DNA of 64,000 nt from Massalongia carnosa (Eukaryota). A model generated the notes under the pieces. The model made no database searches, had not been told where the DNA came from, and saw only the letters and a program-made list of their open reading frames with translations. Within the stretch, counting starts at the first letter, position 1, and the number at the start of each line of letters is the position of its first letter. The stretch covers positions 806,001 to 870,000 of the forward strand of contig OZ287077.1 in assembly GCA_965645245.1 (NCBI GenBank), in the 5' to 3' direction. Below are positions 34,465-46,972 of this stretch, piece after piece. The position numbers were made by a program, and so were the translations under genes.

Positions 34465-35585
34465 TTCGATGTGTTCGCGAGCGATATTCGACGATTCGCG
34501 AGTTGGATTCTTAGCCCGCAAAACGCACATCAAGCAAGTTCATCACATTCAACGATTTTAGGCTTTCGAAAACAACGCTCGGAGGATCAGATTAATGATC
34601 AGAAGCGCCGACAATGAAAAACTGGAGCTAGTGACCCGTTGAGTCTGCTGTGGTGGTGTCGAAATTTCGAGTCAAAGTCGAGTCCTCGTCGCGAGATCGA
34701 TATTGCGACTCAATTTTGCATCGATATGTAATTAAAATATTGATTAATCGATAGAATGTATATCAAAGCATCATTTCTATTATTACATAATTTATGAAAT
34801 GTCGTTGCGCGTTGTTGATTCCGCCGTCAACTTGATTCTTGATGATTTTTGAGGTTAAGCCAAAAATTTGTATGAGCGCGCACCAAAATAAGCCGGATCT
34901 GACAAAAATACAGAGTTTTGCGCTCAGACGTGCCGCCCGTAGCATGCGTAGTCAGCTAAAGGGCCGCTAACCCGAAGGGGCTTAGCGAAAATAGGCTAAC
35001 CTGGAGGGGCTTAGCCGGCTCATAGAGCCACGCACGTCTGAGGTACTGAGGCAAGTTAAATGTTTAACTGTTTTAGGATAAGATTCTATTTAGCTTACTA
35101 CGCATGCTTCGGTGTAAGCACAGCGAACCTAGTACGCACGGTCTAACTTTAAAGGGTTAGGCACATAGGCTAAATAAGTTAGCGCCGAGCTAACCGAAAG
35201 AGGTTAGTGCAGATGAAGGCTGTGCCACAACACGTCTGAGGTACTGAGGCAAGGTTTTTCTTCCTCAAAAGGTTTTCCATGTACTATAAAACTAGATAGA
35301 CTCGCCCGCATGGGCCGGCCTTCGGCCGGTACCACATCGGAATAAGAATCATCATCATCATCATCAACAACAACAACAACAACAACAGGCAATTAACATA
35401 AGAAGATTAAATATGAAAACGACGACAGGATAAGTTTTCGACATCAAAAATCAAAGGGGTTTAAAAGTAGAAATATATAATGAGAGTTGGAAGCTTTGTA
35501 GAATATGGGAGGAAATTACTGATATCTTAAGTCTGTAACGAACCGCCTAGCAAAGAGTATATTCACACAACTCATCATCTATGTA

Positions 35586-37454
35586 TACTATCCGTGCCGC
35601 GTAGCTGGCACTCAGTCCTGCGGAGTGGTGCCGAACACCCATATAACCGAAAATTTAAATATTTTGACCAACCACCTTGATAAATTATCATCAACATCAT
35701 CATGTCTTCCACTTATCAGGAAATTGAGGCTCGAATTCTACTAGCTATTGATCATCTACGAAAAAATCCTACAGCTAAAAGAGCTAAAATTGCGCGTCAA
35801 TTCGACGTGCCTTCGCAGCTACTTCGTTTTCGACTTCAAGGTCATCCCCCCGCATCTGAGGTACGAGGACTGCATGGACGTCGATTATCATCTGATCAAG
35901 ACTTGGCCTTAGTCTTATATATTCAACGAATGATCGCATTAGGCCTTCATCCTCGTCTTCGAATGATAGAAGCAGCTGCCAATAAGTTGCTAATGCAGGG
36001 CTGGACTGATTCGACCCCACCACAACCATTGAGTCATGCATGGGCCACGCGATGGATGAGTCGTCATTCTGAATTTCAGAAGATTAAACGCAAGCCTCTT
36101 GCAGCCGTACGAAAGAATGCGGAGGACCCGGTCGTTTTACGAGCTCATTTTAATCAGTACAGTCAGATAGTGCATGAGCATGGCATATGTGATGAGGACA
36201 AATGGAATTTTGATGAGACGGGCTTTTGATTGGGCATCGCACGATTAGATTGGGTCATTACTTTAGCAGATGACAAGCAGAAAAAGGTGTTTTCTAAAGA
36301 TCCAGACAATCGTGAAAGTTTGACAGCCATCGAATGTATAAATGGCGCTGGGGGCAGCATTCCTTCATTTCTCATACTCAGTGGATTGATGATTCAAGGT
36401 TCATGGGCCGAAAATGATTTGAATGATGGAGTCATGCTTTCGACAGCCGAGACTGGTTATTCAAATGACTGGTTATCTATAGAATGGCTGAAGCATTTCG
36501 ATAAGCACTCCTCAAAGAGTCAAAAAGGGGCGTATCGACTGCTAATGATGGATGGTTATGGGTGGCATCATACTATTGAATTTATTGAGTACTGCAATGA
36601 GGCCAAAATTATCCCCTTCGGCCTGCCACCTCATACGACTCATCTGTTGCAACCATTGGACGTCGTAGTTTTTCAGCCCCTGAAACATTGGCATGCTGAG
36701 GCGGTTAAGGATGCAATGGCCCATGGGGACGAGACGTTTAATAAGGTGGAATTTTTGAATGCTTTCAACTCGTTTCGAAATAAAGCATTCAAAATTTCGA
36801 CTATAAAATCAGCATGGAAGGCCGTGGGCATCATTCCTTTCGATCCGTCCGTTGTCTTCGATAAATTGGGATCAGGGGCCTCGTACATTGAGGCCGATCC
36901 TTTGGCTGATATTTATGATCAAACACCTGATCATTCGGATAATGATCTTTCGGACCCGCAAACTCCGAAGAATTTGAGTGCTTTGCTTCAAGCTTCGTAT
37001 GAAATTGAGGCTTAATATCCGAAATTCGTTAAAGGCGCTTTAGCATGTGCTCGAGAAAGCGAGCTGTTATCGGATCAATTAGCACTGACTAAAGCAGCCG
37101 AAAACGCTCGAAAGGTGAGGGTCAATCAGAGCAAGCATTACGTTCAAAAAGGAGGAGTTATTCAGGTGGATCAATGCAGAAGAATGACTTTCGAGCGAAA
37201 GGAGGAAGAGGAGCAATTGGAGTCGGATCGTCAGAATAAGGCTGATCGTCAACAACGAAAGCGATAGGGGCCGATATTTAGGGAGTTGAAACGGAAGATA
37301 CCATATTATATAGTGAATGGCTCGTATGGTTTATCAAAACGTTGATAACCTGATGTTTTTGGGCCTGTAGGTGAAATAGTGATATTTTCGGTTATATGGG
37401 TGTTTCGGCACTCAGTCCACAGGACTGAGTGCCAGCTACGCGGCACGGATACTG
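35586..37454 (+). mobile_element. Fot1/pogo-type (Tc1/mariner) DNA transposon
   Basis: About 70-bp imperfect TIRs (TATCCGTGCCGCGTAGCTGGCACTCAGTCCTG...), TA on both flanks, 1.87 kb long. Confidence 0.92.
35702..37267 (+). pseudogene. Fot1-like DDE transposase with premature stops
   Basis: HTH region, WNFDETGF, LMMDGYGWH, HLLQPLDV, KFVKG, QKGGV. In-frame TGA at 36227-36229 and TAA at 37013-37015. Confidence 0.9.
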
Positions 37455-37580
37455 TACGTAAAGATACTTCTACATGTACGAATACACCCAAGTGGCTTTC
37501 CCGAAGTCAAAATCCAACATCGGTTTTCCTCAGTTTCCATCACACGACTTATACACCAGTAATGGGCTTCGAAGAGTACT

Positions 37581-39483
37581 TTAATTGCCGTTTGCCGCCC
37601 GGTACCGCCAATTCTTTCTACAAATCCTCATCTCCTCGTCTAATCGAATGTCTTCCATGATTTGATGATCCCGAATCAGGTGGGTGCGGAATTGTTCGCG
37701 ATCGAAGTTCTCCTCAATTTCGCAACCTGTAAATCGACATCTGAACCTGGCGCCTGTGGCATATCGTTCCCATCTTGCAGCGTTGGACGTACGAGTTCTG
37801 CGGCATCGAACAAGCGAGGCGGCACAATCCTTCAAGCGATTGATATTTGGGATCTCCATGGCCCATGCCGCAAAAGCGTTCTGGATCGTCTCGATTGTTG
37901 TGGATCCGGCAACGTTGTATGAGAACTTGCTCTTGGGCTTCCACTCGTCCAGTTTAATATCCAACCCTCCGGGATCATTCAGTCGGAAGTATGAAATCCC
38001 GTTGCGCACAGACTTTTCTTTCATGTCTCTTTGGACTATTTCTGGGTCTGATGCCGTTTGTGCAAGGGCTTTCAATTTGGAGATGATTGGCAGCAGCCTT
38101 CGCTCTTTGGGACGTTCGTCTTGTCTTGCTGTTCCAATGCTTACCACAACCCCAAGTGAGCTGACACCAAACGCTTCTTCAATCTCTCGCGCTCCTTCTA
38201 CGGTGGGATTGGTGGAATAATTGAAGCTTGTGTCAGTGAAGATGCTATAGCCTTTCGAATGAAGGTTTTTAATTCTAAAAGGCTTGAAGTAGAAAGGTGC
38301 TGCTGTGGTGGCTCGAGCAACCTCCCAGAGCTCAAATTCCTGAGCGTTCTCATAGTTGATCCTTCTGCTTTGCTTCCATTTTCCTCGGTCTCCTATGCTG
38401 GATTTTTCCGATCTTCCAGGGTTGGAGCTTGTGGTCCGCACTAACATTTTTCGCATACGTTCGCCTGATTGATCAGGCAAGACCCGCTGATGATGATCAT
38501 ATGAGCGTATCAGATAAAGTGGCGCCACAGCCTTTTGGTCCAAGTCGGCCTTTAAAGTGGTGACGAATCTAGAAATGGTAAGTCTTTGACATCAAATACA
38601 AAGGCTATCGGAAATATAGTAACTCGCCATAATGAACAACAAGCTAGACATCTAGTCTTTCGGATTCTCTTATTGTGAACGATATGAATGCAGAGAACTG
38701 GAAATGATACTAACGTTCTACATAAACCTCTTTGCGACGGAAATATTGTTCTAATTCGCGTCTCACAAATTTTTTCATTTCGCCTGTCCGTAAGATCCTG
38801 GAATGCTTTCTTCGCTCTCATAGCGTCATATTTTGTTCTATTTCCCAGTCCAAAGCGGAGGGTAAAAAAGAAGCGCGGTTTTTCAAATATTGTTTCTCCA
38901 AGACTCTCGTACTCTTTTATACAATCTAGAACAGTCATTCGTAATCTACCTAACATTATCGCAATCAAACTGAGAACAAGTCAACAGTTGAACACAAAGA
39001 ATGAACTCCAAGCTTACCCTCCGGTGCTGGAGCCACATATATAATCGAAATAATGACATGGAAGATATCTTTGAGCACTCGAAACCTCACGGCATCTGGC
39101 TTCAAGGCCGCTGGCATCGTCTATTTTTTTCTTCTCCTCTCTCGTCGGAGGAACTTGTGAGACATTCTCGGGCCATTTTTCGGGCGAAAAACTGTGGTAG
39201 ATCCCATCGTCGTCTTGCTCCTCATGCTCGGCAATGAACTCGATAAGTTTCCGGAGAGCTAAAAGGGTCCAATAACTGCGGATACCACCACCGTCTGCCA
39301 GTTTATGGATTTAGCGCCCCAAGAAGAATCGGGATGAAAGTTTACACTACCTAAGCTAAGAAGATTGAGGGTTTTCCATGCTACATCAGCCCTGTCTATG
39401 GGACTATCAAGCTGTGTATGGAGAGGTGAGTTACTATCCTTCGTTTGCTGTGCTTGCGAAGCTTCATATTCTCGGGAGCTCAT
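37581..39483 (-). CDS. Patatin-like phospholipase
   Basis: LLSL/DGGGIR, FDYICGSSTGG/LIAIMLGRL, WEVARATTAAPFYF, SIGT, YFRLN. Three introns give a continuous frame. Confidence 0.88.
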
Positions 39484-42400
39484 TAAGTTATAAGACGAAA
39501 TATAGACTAAATTCAGACACTCGACGGGTGGAAAACAAAATACAATGCTCTAGAGATATATATCATTTACTGCAAATCACTATTACCGCGGAACAGGCAG
39601 GACAGACTCGGTGGAGTAGTAGATTTCCCGCTCAATGCAACGAATGCCAATCAAAAATAAGATAGATGCCTGGGTACGAGTTGTCTGCGACAGCTCCAGA
39701 GAGTACCTCGTTACTTCCAAACAAACTCGAAACCACAGCCAGCAGAAAGATTAAAGAAATTCCAAGGGTTAATATCTAGGCGCCGAGGCTGAAAATGGGT
39801 CCCTTTCAAGCTAGGCTCAACACTATTTCTGGCTTAGGATTGAATAGAACCTTTCACATTTGAACAGATAGGACTAGACGGTAAACCCAGACCAAACACT
39901 GCTTGGCACCATTGCCTAATCTCGACACGGGCTGCTACGCCTCGATCGCGCAGGCACCCGGAATGCGAACAAAAACCTTACTAGAATTGCGCACAGAAAA
40001 CATCCGAAGGGATAAATGCTTAGGGAGACAGATTGTTGCCGAAGAAGGGAGAGAAAAAATGAGCATTGGATGCATCTGTATATTTGGTGTAGTGGGCTGG
40101 GAGAAACCAACTGCGAGGATATGTTGGCTTCGTGCGATCTTTACCTAATGATAAGTTACCTGAAAACGCATGGTTATGCAATACTCTGTACGACCCAGCA
40201 AGAAGACTGGCAACAATGCAAACTTGTTTTCGGTTTACAGATTATTCAAAGTGTCGCAATTTATTGGGTTTAGGCGATAAATACCGCTATAGGTATGCAA
40301 GTTATGTTGTTGTCTGTACGGAGTATGCCTGCGTCTTATTACCGAGATTCATTTGAGAACCTCAAAGCTCTTCTCTAACAGCCCCATTTCTTCTAACAGT
40401 TCAAAATTCTCGTCTTGAAACTCATCCCCAGACTCGTTGTCTCCCACAGTATAACGCCCTGGAATAAAGCCTATACTCATTTCCACTTAACCTCCTCTCC
40501 CCTCTCCCTTCTATCGCTCCCTCCCTTCAACGCTTCTGTAAGCTTCCAGCTTTAGCTAGATCGTTGGGTAGGCTTTTCAACTTCTTCTCACCAACCCCTC
40601 CCCTCCTAATTCCTGTTTCTCCCCATGGCTTACCAAGTCCCCCTTCTCTTCATGCTTTACTTTGAAACCATCGTCTTCCCTGTCTTTCGCAGTTGGTGAA
40701 CCTTCCTGCTCACAAGACACGCCCGGCGTTTCTGGGATCACCAATTCTGATTTCGTCAGGACAGCGGGAGACCAACCTACACCCTGGCTGGGCGTTCTCG
40801 GAATCCCGAATATGGATCTCCCTGGCACTGAGCACTGTCCGCTTGCACCTGTATCCAACTTTGCTTTGCTCCCTTCTTCGTCGTCCACTCCATCCTTATG
40901 CAAGACCTTACTACTCCTTTCACGCGCCAAGCCTGGCGTTTCCGGGATTTCCGGAAGGGCGTGGACATTTCTTTAGTTTTCTTAATTTGAATTGAGAGTT
41001 GGGGTTTACTGTTGGTTGAGTTTCCTGGTACTTTTTATATTTGACTGGACTTTTCTTGTTATGAAATGGATAACTTTATTGGAAGGATGGATGGTGTTGC
41101 GCAATCAAGCAACATCAATAACGAACAACGTCTTCCGCACTCTGACCTGTTTTTCTCTTTCCATATTTTTTGGTTTAGAGAACGTAGCCAGGCACATTTT
41201 GGATATCGTTTGCCTTTTCAGAGCTGGGGTTCTCATTTCTGACGTATTATCATGCAGGAGGCAGTCCTCCAAGGGAATTTTGTTGCTTTTTTACTCATTC
41301 ATCCTGGAAGTACCGACACAACAACAACCTCTCCATCACACACATACGTTTCTTTGCATAGTCGCTTTCTCTTTGCAAACTCAAATAGGGTGAGTTTGCT
41401 CGTATGAGTTCTTTCTGGTTTCTTAAATCTTGTGCTAGCGTCTTCATTGGCAGCAATCCATAAAGGGGTGGAAAGGATTGTTCTCCTACCTCACCTCCAC
41501 AACCCCCCCCTCCCTCCTCATTTCCTGTCTTGACCTTGTTTCTCGGCCTGTTGGCCTGGGTTTCTACTTGGGCTAGCTAGCTAGCTGCGTAGCCATCTCT
41601 TCTACATTACCTGCGCAATCCGATCTAAGTCACTGTGTACCTTCCTAGACTCTCTGTTTTCTTTCCCATCTATCTCTTCCTTTCGTTTTTTTTTGGGAGG
41701 GGGGGTTTTTCCCTTCCGAGGGAGAGGAAGAGGTCTGTCTGTCTGTCTGGTTTTCAATGATAATAGGTATTTTTGAAAGCTTTTCCGCACTTAGCTAGCT
41801 GCAAGGTTTTCTATTCGATGGAAGGGAGGGGAATGGGATTTGAAGGAAAGAAGATAATACGATGAAGGGAAGGGAGGGGAGAAAAGTCTTAAGTAGTCAG
41901 AGAAAAAGGATAAGTACCTGAACATAAGAAACTCAGTACCATCAAACCTTCCCTTCCCGCCAAGCTTTTCCCCTAAAAAACGATATACCACATACGTAGT
42001 TAGTGAATGTGGCCTGCCCCCCCCCTTCCCCCTCCCAACCCAACCTTATCGAAAGTATATCGACAAAATGCTACCCATCACCTAGATGGAATCCTCGATA
42101 GGAACGGGGAAAATACCGCTTGGCCTTTCATTTCCAGCCACAGGAACATACAGAGCTCCTTAGCCCCGCTCTGGAGGGTTCTAGCTCTCTGCCACGCCGG
42201 TCTATCTGTTGTTTGTGATTTTAATGGCTGGATTTTGTTTTGGGTATTTTTGGTTTTTATATTTAGGTATAAATAGTTTATTTAAGTTTATTTATCTTAA
42301 AAAAAGGGGGTGGAAAGGGAAATGTCCATTTATGGAGGTTTCTCTCTCCACCTTTCTTTTTTCGTTTAAGCTATCTTTTTTGTTGCCTCTTTTACCTTCT

Positions 42401-43620
42401 TCTCGTTCACCCGCATTTTTTATTTGAATGCGGTAGGGTCGAGTGTGTGTGTGTGTGTGTGAGACAGACAGAGAAAGACAGACTTCGCAAACGTATTTGG
42501 ATTCTGAGTGAAGACTTGAACGAAGGCTTAAACAATACGCATTTTATTACACTCAAACTTTATCTACCTGGAGTCACAAACCATTCCGAATACTTCTCTA
42601 CCCATATCACGCTGGCAAACTCTCATTTGGAGTTTAAAGGCTAGCACTATCTAAATTGTATTGAAAACAAGGATTCAAGACCGGGATTTTCGTCATTCAG
42701 TCTCCGCCTTGCTGTTCAGAAGAAATCTTTCGGACCAAGGTAGGATTTTCAGTTCCTAAAGTAAGATTTCGACAGAAAGGTTATCAGAAACCTCTATTTC
42801 GGATTTAATAGGTGTTGTGTTGAGATTGTGTAAAAGTTGAGGAAGATTTTAGAATCTCTTATTAACATCTAGTTCTATATTGTAAGTTATAAAGGTTGTA
42901 TAGTTTTCGTGTGACGTCAAGGATACTACTATTTATTTATTCAGAGACTTATTGATGTTTCCTCTAAGATGGTATGGTTTGATGTATTGAGATACGTATG
43001 TGATAGAGATACCTTTTTTCACTTTTAATCTTCCTCAATGAAATATGCTTTAGACTTGAATGCGGTGTCTGGAGGAAAGATTGCTAAGAGCGAGGGAGAG
43101 GCGCTCTTTAACGAAGTGAGTGAGGTTCATTCCTTGGGATGTGTTCGGATTAGCTTACGTTGCTAAACCTCGGACGCTGTTGACAAGAGTTTCCTCACTC
43201 ATTGACTCGTTTGAAGAGGAATTGCCCAGGCATCTGATGGAGTTTCTAGGGATGATAGAACGACAAGGCTGAGCGAAGCGAACTGGTTATTGGCATACCC
43301 ACAGCTTGATACGAGTTCGTGATGGAGAGGTAAGGCTGTTAGAACGATATTTTCTCTCTCTAACCCCCTTCAACGAGGGTAAATAAAATCTGCAAGTATG
43401 GGAGAATTGAACATGCCGAGATCGATAGCGAAACCTATGATATGCTAATACTCGTCTTTTATTTTCAATTGTGCCTCCATCAGCATCGAAGAGACAGCGC
43501 TCCCTTCATAGTCGCGTTCTCTTGTCAGATGGACAAGGCATACGCACGCAATCATCATGATATGCTTGTTCCTTAAAGCTCGCCCAAATTCCTTCTCTTT
43601 CATCTGCCGATAAGTGCACC

Positions 43621-45477
43621 CTAGTGTGCAATTTTATTCCTCAATATCTTTTCATCCTCTAGAAAAGCTGCCTGCTCCAGCCTGCTCTTCTTTAAGTCGA
43701 CAAATAATAACAAAATAATAAAACTGGTAAAACTCAATCCAAAGAGAAAGTAAAAGGGCGTTGAATTGTTGTCGTGCGGCGAGGCATCGATGATGGCGCT
43801 AGACACGAGAGGCCCAATGAAAGAAGAAGTTTTGCCAATAATGGAGAAGAGCGAAAAGAAGAGAAATTCCTTGCCACGCGGGGTGACCTCGGAAATCATA
43901 ATCTGGCTGTAAGAGTACCAGGGACAAACAAAGAGACCGTAGAAGGTTTGGTAGAGCCAGAACTCCCACACATGGTGGAAGCCGAAGCGGGAAGTCCAGA
44001 TGCCAACCATGCCCCAGCCATCTCTGCCAGATTTTTTTAAAACTTAGTGGGATGTAGTGGCATTGGGTATGGAATTGCTTACAGTAATATTATACCTATC
44101 ATCACTGCGTTAAACATAGTCTTGGTGCTCAAACTATATCGCTGCTGAATCCACCAGAAAGTGTATATACCGACTGCTTGCGCCGCAATGCCAACGAGTA
44201 GGAGATATGTTAAGGCCAGAGTGTCGTACTCGATCACGGAGTTTTGGAGCGTAGCAATGACTGTTACCGTGGTGTTGAGAGAGTCTCCGAGGAGAAAGTA
44301 TCCTGCACATCCTCTTGATTAGTCTATAACAGGAGACTTTCTCTGCCGCCTAACCAATGAGATAGAGTAAACTCTGCTTTAGATGCCAAATCTGGGTGAG
44401 AGCGTGGTGCAGTTGCCAAAACCCCACCATGACGCTGTAGGAAATTAGCACATGTATAAGCTATTACTATGCAGTTCATACATGTTCATATTTAGCGGAA
44501 TCGCCTGACCAGGCCTGCGCTTTTCGATGACGAACCAAGGTATTGCTAGCAATAGCCAAACACCAGTAGCAAAAGCTATAAGAACGCTCAAACCCCAATT
44601 GTTATTCGCGTCGCTGGCTCTAACGTTGACTGCATAGAGTATTCCTACAATAATTGCCAAGATCAAGATCTCGCCACATGACTGAACATAGAACGCCGTA
44701 TTAGACAATCGACTACGTTGCATCATATCGGCAAAGTCATAGTCGTCTCGAGTGATGCTGCCAGCACAATATTCTTCGGCTTTCGCCCTTAGCTGAGGCG
44801 TGTTTCGCGCAAGCCCCGGGAAAGCCGCGGTCCAGAAAGTAAGTGTGGTTTGATATGCGATGACTGCAGAGACGTTAGTGGCCAGAATAATTCCTTGATC
44901 TTTAAAACGCAGCGTACGCCCAATAATATACATGCCCACTGCAATCTCCCATTTATTCGAGGTGTGAATACCAAGCCAGCCAAAGCCGACGGCATAGGCA
45001 ATGATTGAGAGCACAATCAGGATATTGGGACGAGATCTTCCGAAGTCTACTTTGGTCAACCCCTTCGCTCAACCATATTATCAATGATCTAGATGGTGAA
45101 CCTGCATAGCTTCCAATAATTAAAAATAGTACGATCTGAACGGTGAAGCTGATTCCATTTGATAAGAGCACAATACTGTTGATTGTTCGGTTTTTTCCAG
45201 CAAACCTCAGTATTTGATCATCTCCTGCTGCTTGATATAGCAAGTTTTGAAAAGCCGTTGGTGCAAAGTTGAACAGCGTTAGGCCGTTATTGCCGACATA
45301 ATAGGAGTAATAAGCCCAGATTTCCCGTCGAGTTGTCTCGTACTTGGGATCGAACTGATCTGGGGCAACTAGACGCTCATCTGCGAGAATCTCATATGGT
45401 GCTATTTTACCTTGGTATCGATCATCTGTAGTGGGCATTGCCGCAGAACTAGGATCGTTGACAGCCATGATTGCCAA
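43621..45477 (-). CDS. ATG22: Atg22-family MFS vacuolar amino-acid effluxer
   Basis: EIWAYYSYYVGNNG, DFGRSRP, FWTAAFPGLARN, GYFLLGDSLNT, EVTPRGKEFLFFSLF. Multi-exon. Confidence 0.8.
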
Positions 45478-45975
45478 TGGCTATTAGACGAAAGAAACAG
45501 AGTCTATTTGCTTGAACCCAGACAGAGATGTCACGACGTTGATTTCAGGATAATAACCCTAGCCCTAATTGCCGCAACACCGAATCTTTTGGGATCGGGC
45601 TTACGTTTATTCGCGCATGACAAAGACTGATATAAGCAGCTTTATGATGAGGACAGTGAGACATTGGAAAAGTCGTGTGTGTAGATTTCATAGTCGATTA
45701 AATAGCTCAAGACGTCCACATGCAAGCAGTTATGTTTCCATCTGTATAGAAATATCCTCCCAGTAATTCACAGGCAGTCAATAGGGGCTGAGCGCTGAGA
45801 GGAGTTCGGATGGAAACCGGGTATCGTGAGACAGTGCGTGGGAATTTTAGAGTACGCGGAGGGGATCTATCTAATTCCGTATCCTTGCGAAAATTGTCCG
45901 TTTCTACGTTTGTTACGCAACTTCTGCACATTGCAAGGTTCCAAAGGCTTAAGCTGGTCCTCTCTCATTCTCAAG

Positions 45976-46972
45976 ATGGTACAAAAAGTCTACGTAACCT
46001 ACAATCAGGTATGGATACTTCAAGTTGCTCTACGGCTCTTCATCTTGTTCATACATCTTGCCCTTTCACAACCCCGCGCCTTCTTCTATGACACTGTCTG
46101 CGAAAGCAGCGATAGTTAGGGATGTGGATTAAATAATGCAAGCAAACTGCAGGTCCACAAACTGTGCCAACAATTCGCCGATCGCATCCTCAATGACTTT
46201 CAGCCCAACCTCATGATCGCTATAGGCGGCGGTGGGTACGTTCCTGCACGCATACTCCGGTAAGCCCAAGTCCACTTTCATCCCCCCATTGTTCCTTTGG
46301 TCCCACTAAATCCCACCACTACCGCAATGAAGCTCGTTCCTTAAACGTCCTTCCGCCCTAAATATCCCTATTCAAGCGATCGGCCTCTCCCTTTACGAAT
46401 CCCTACCCACGCATCCGTCCGAGCCCATTGAAACCCCCGGTACAAAGGTAACTCGTACACAATGGCTCGACCTCTCCTCGCTCGAGATGTCGAACCTGGT
46501 GGGAAAGAACATATTGATTGTCGATGAGGTGGACGATACGAGAACGACGTTGGAATATGCGGTTAGAGAACTGCAAAAGGATGTTGAAGCTGCGAGGAGA
46601 AGTATGGGAGGTGGGGCGGAAACAAGGTTCAGCGTATTTGTGCTGCATGTGGGTTGGAGCTGATCCCTTTTCTTTTCGTTTCTTTTTCCAGCCTTTGGGG
46701 GCTAGCTGGGAGGGCACTCTGAGGGCCATGTTTTTTCGTGCTGACAATGCGAGCGTAGAACAAGGATAAGCCGAAAAAAGGACATCTGCCGAAGGATATG
46801 GTTGATGAAGGGAGATATTTGGCGGCGAAGACAGTATCCGACATTTGGATATGTTACCCTTGGGAAGCTACGTGTGTATATGGATCGATTTCTAACCGCG
46901 ATGAAGGCTGAAGGATCATTTAGCGATATCGATGAGCACGATCAGCTTGCGGCTTCCCAGCCAGACTATTAA
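45976..46972 (+). CDS. XPT1: Xanthine/hypoxanthine phosphoribosyltransferase
   Basis: MVQKVYVTYNQ/VHKLC..IAIGGGGYVPARILR..LIVDEVDDTRTTL..WICYPWE. Five exons. Confidence 0.9.

Larger units (their letters stand above)
29052..35054. mobile_element. Autonomous helicase-encoding DNA transposon (AcademH-like)
   Basis: 90-bp TIRs with 2 mismatches (29052-29141 / 34965-35054) plus imperfect extension. TSD GTTAAATG at 29044-29051 and 35055-35062. Two convergent intact genes. Confidence 0.9.
28948..35252. mobile_element. Non-autonomous TIR element (~0.3 kb net) with TTGCCTCAGTAC ends, interrupted by the autonomous element
   Basis: Left end TTGCCTCAGTAC(TTCGTAC)CTCAGAC, right end GTCTGAGGTACTGAGGCAA. 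8-bp TSD GGTTTTTC at 28940-28947 and 35253-35260. Confidence 0.88.
28069..35365 (+). mobile_element. 5'-truncated non-LTR retrotransposon (Tad1-like LINE), split by nested insertions
   Basis: ORF2 C-terminus to 28831 (ETFIASIDIHLD..QIRSEKIGLAAFL..CSCG..QTAKH..C). The 3' UTR resumes at 35261 and ends in a GC hairpin plus an (ATC)6 tail. (AAC)n on both flanks. Confidence 0.8.

Noticed and set aside
38544..38714. Apparent frameshift in the patatin gene
   Set aside because: Resolved by an intron (GTTAGT...TTCTAG) giving CRT-FVTTLKADLDQ.
40400..43500. Short ORFs and simple repeats
   Set aside because: No recognisable protein motifs or terminal repeats; treated as intergenic or decayed DNA.
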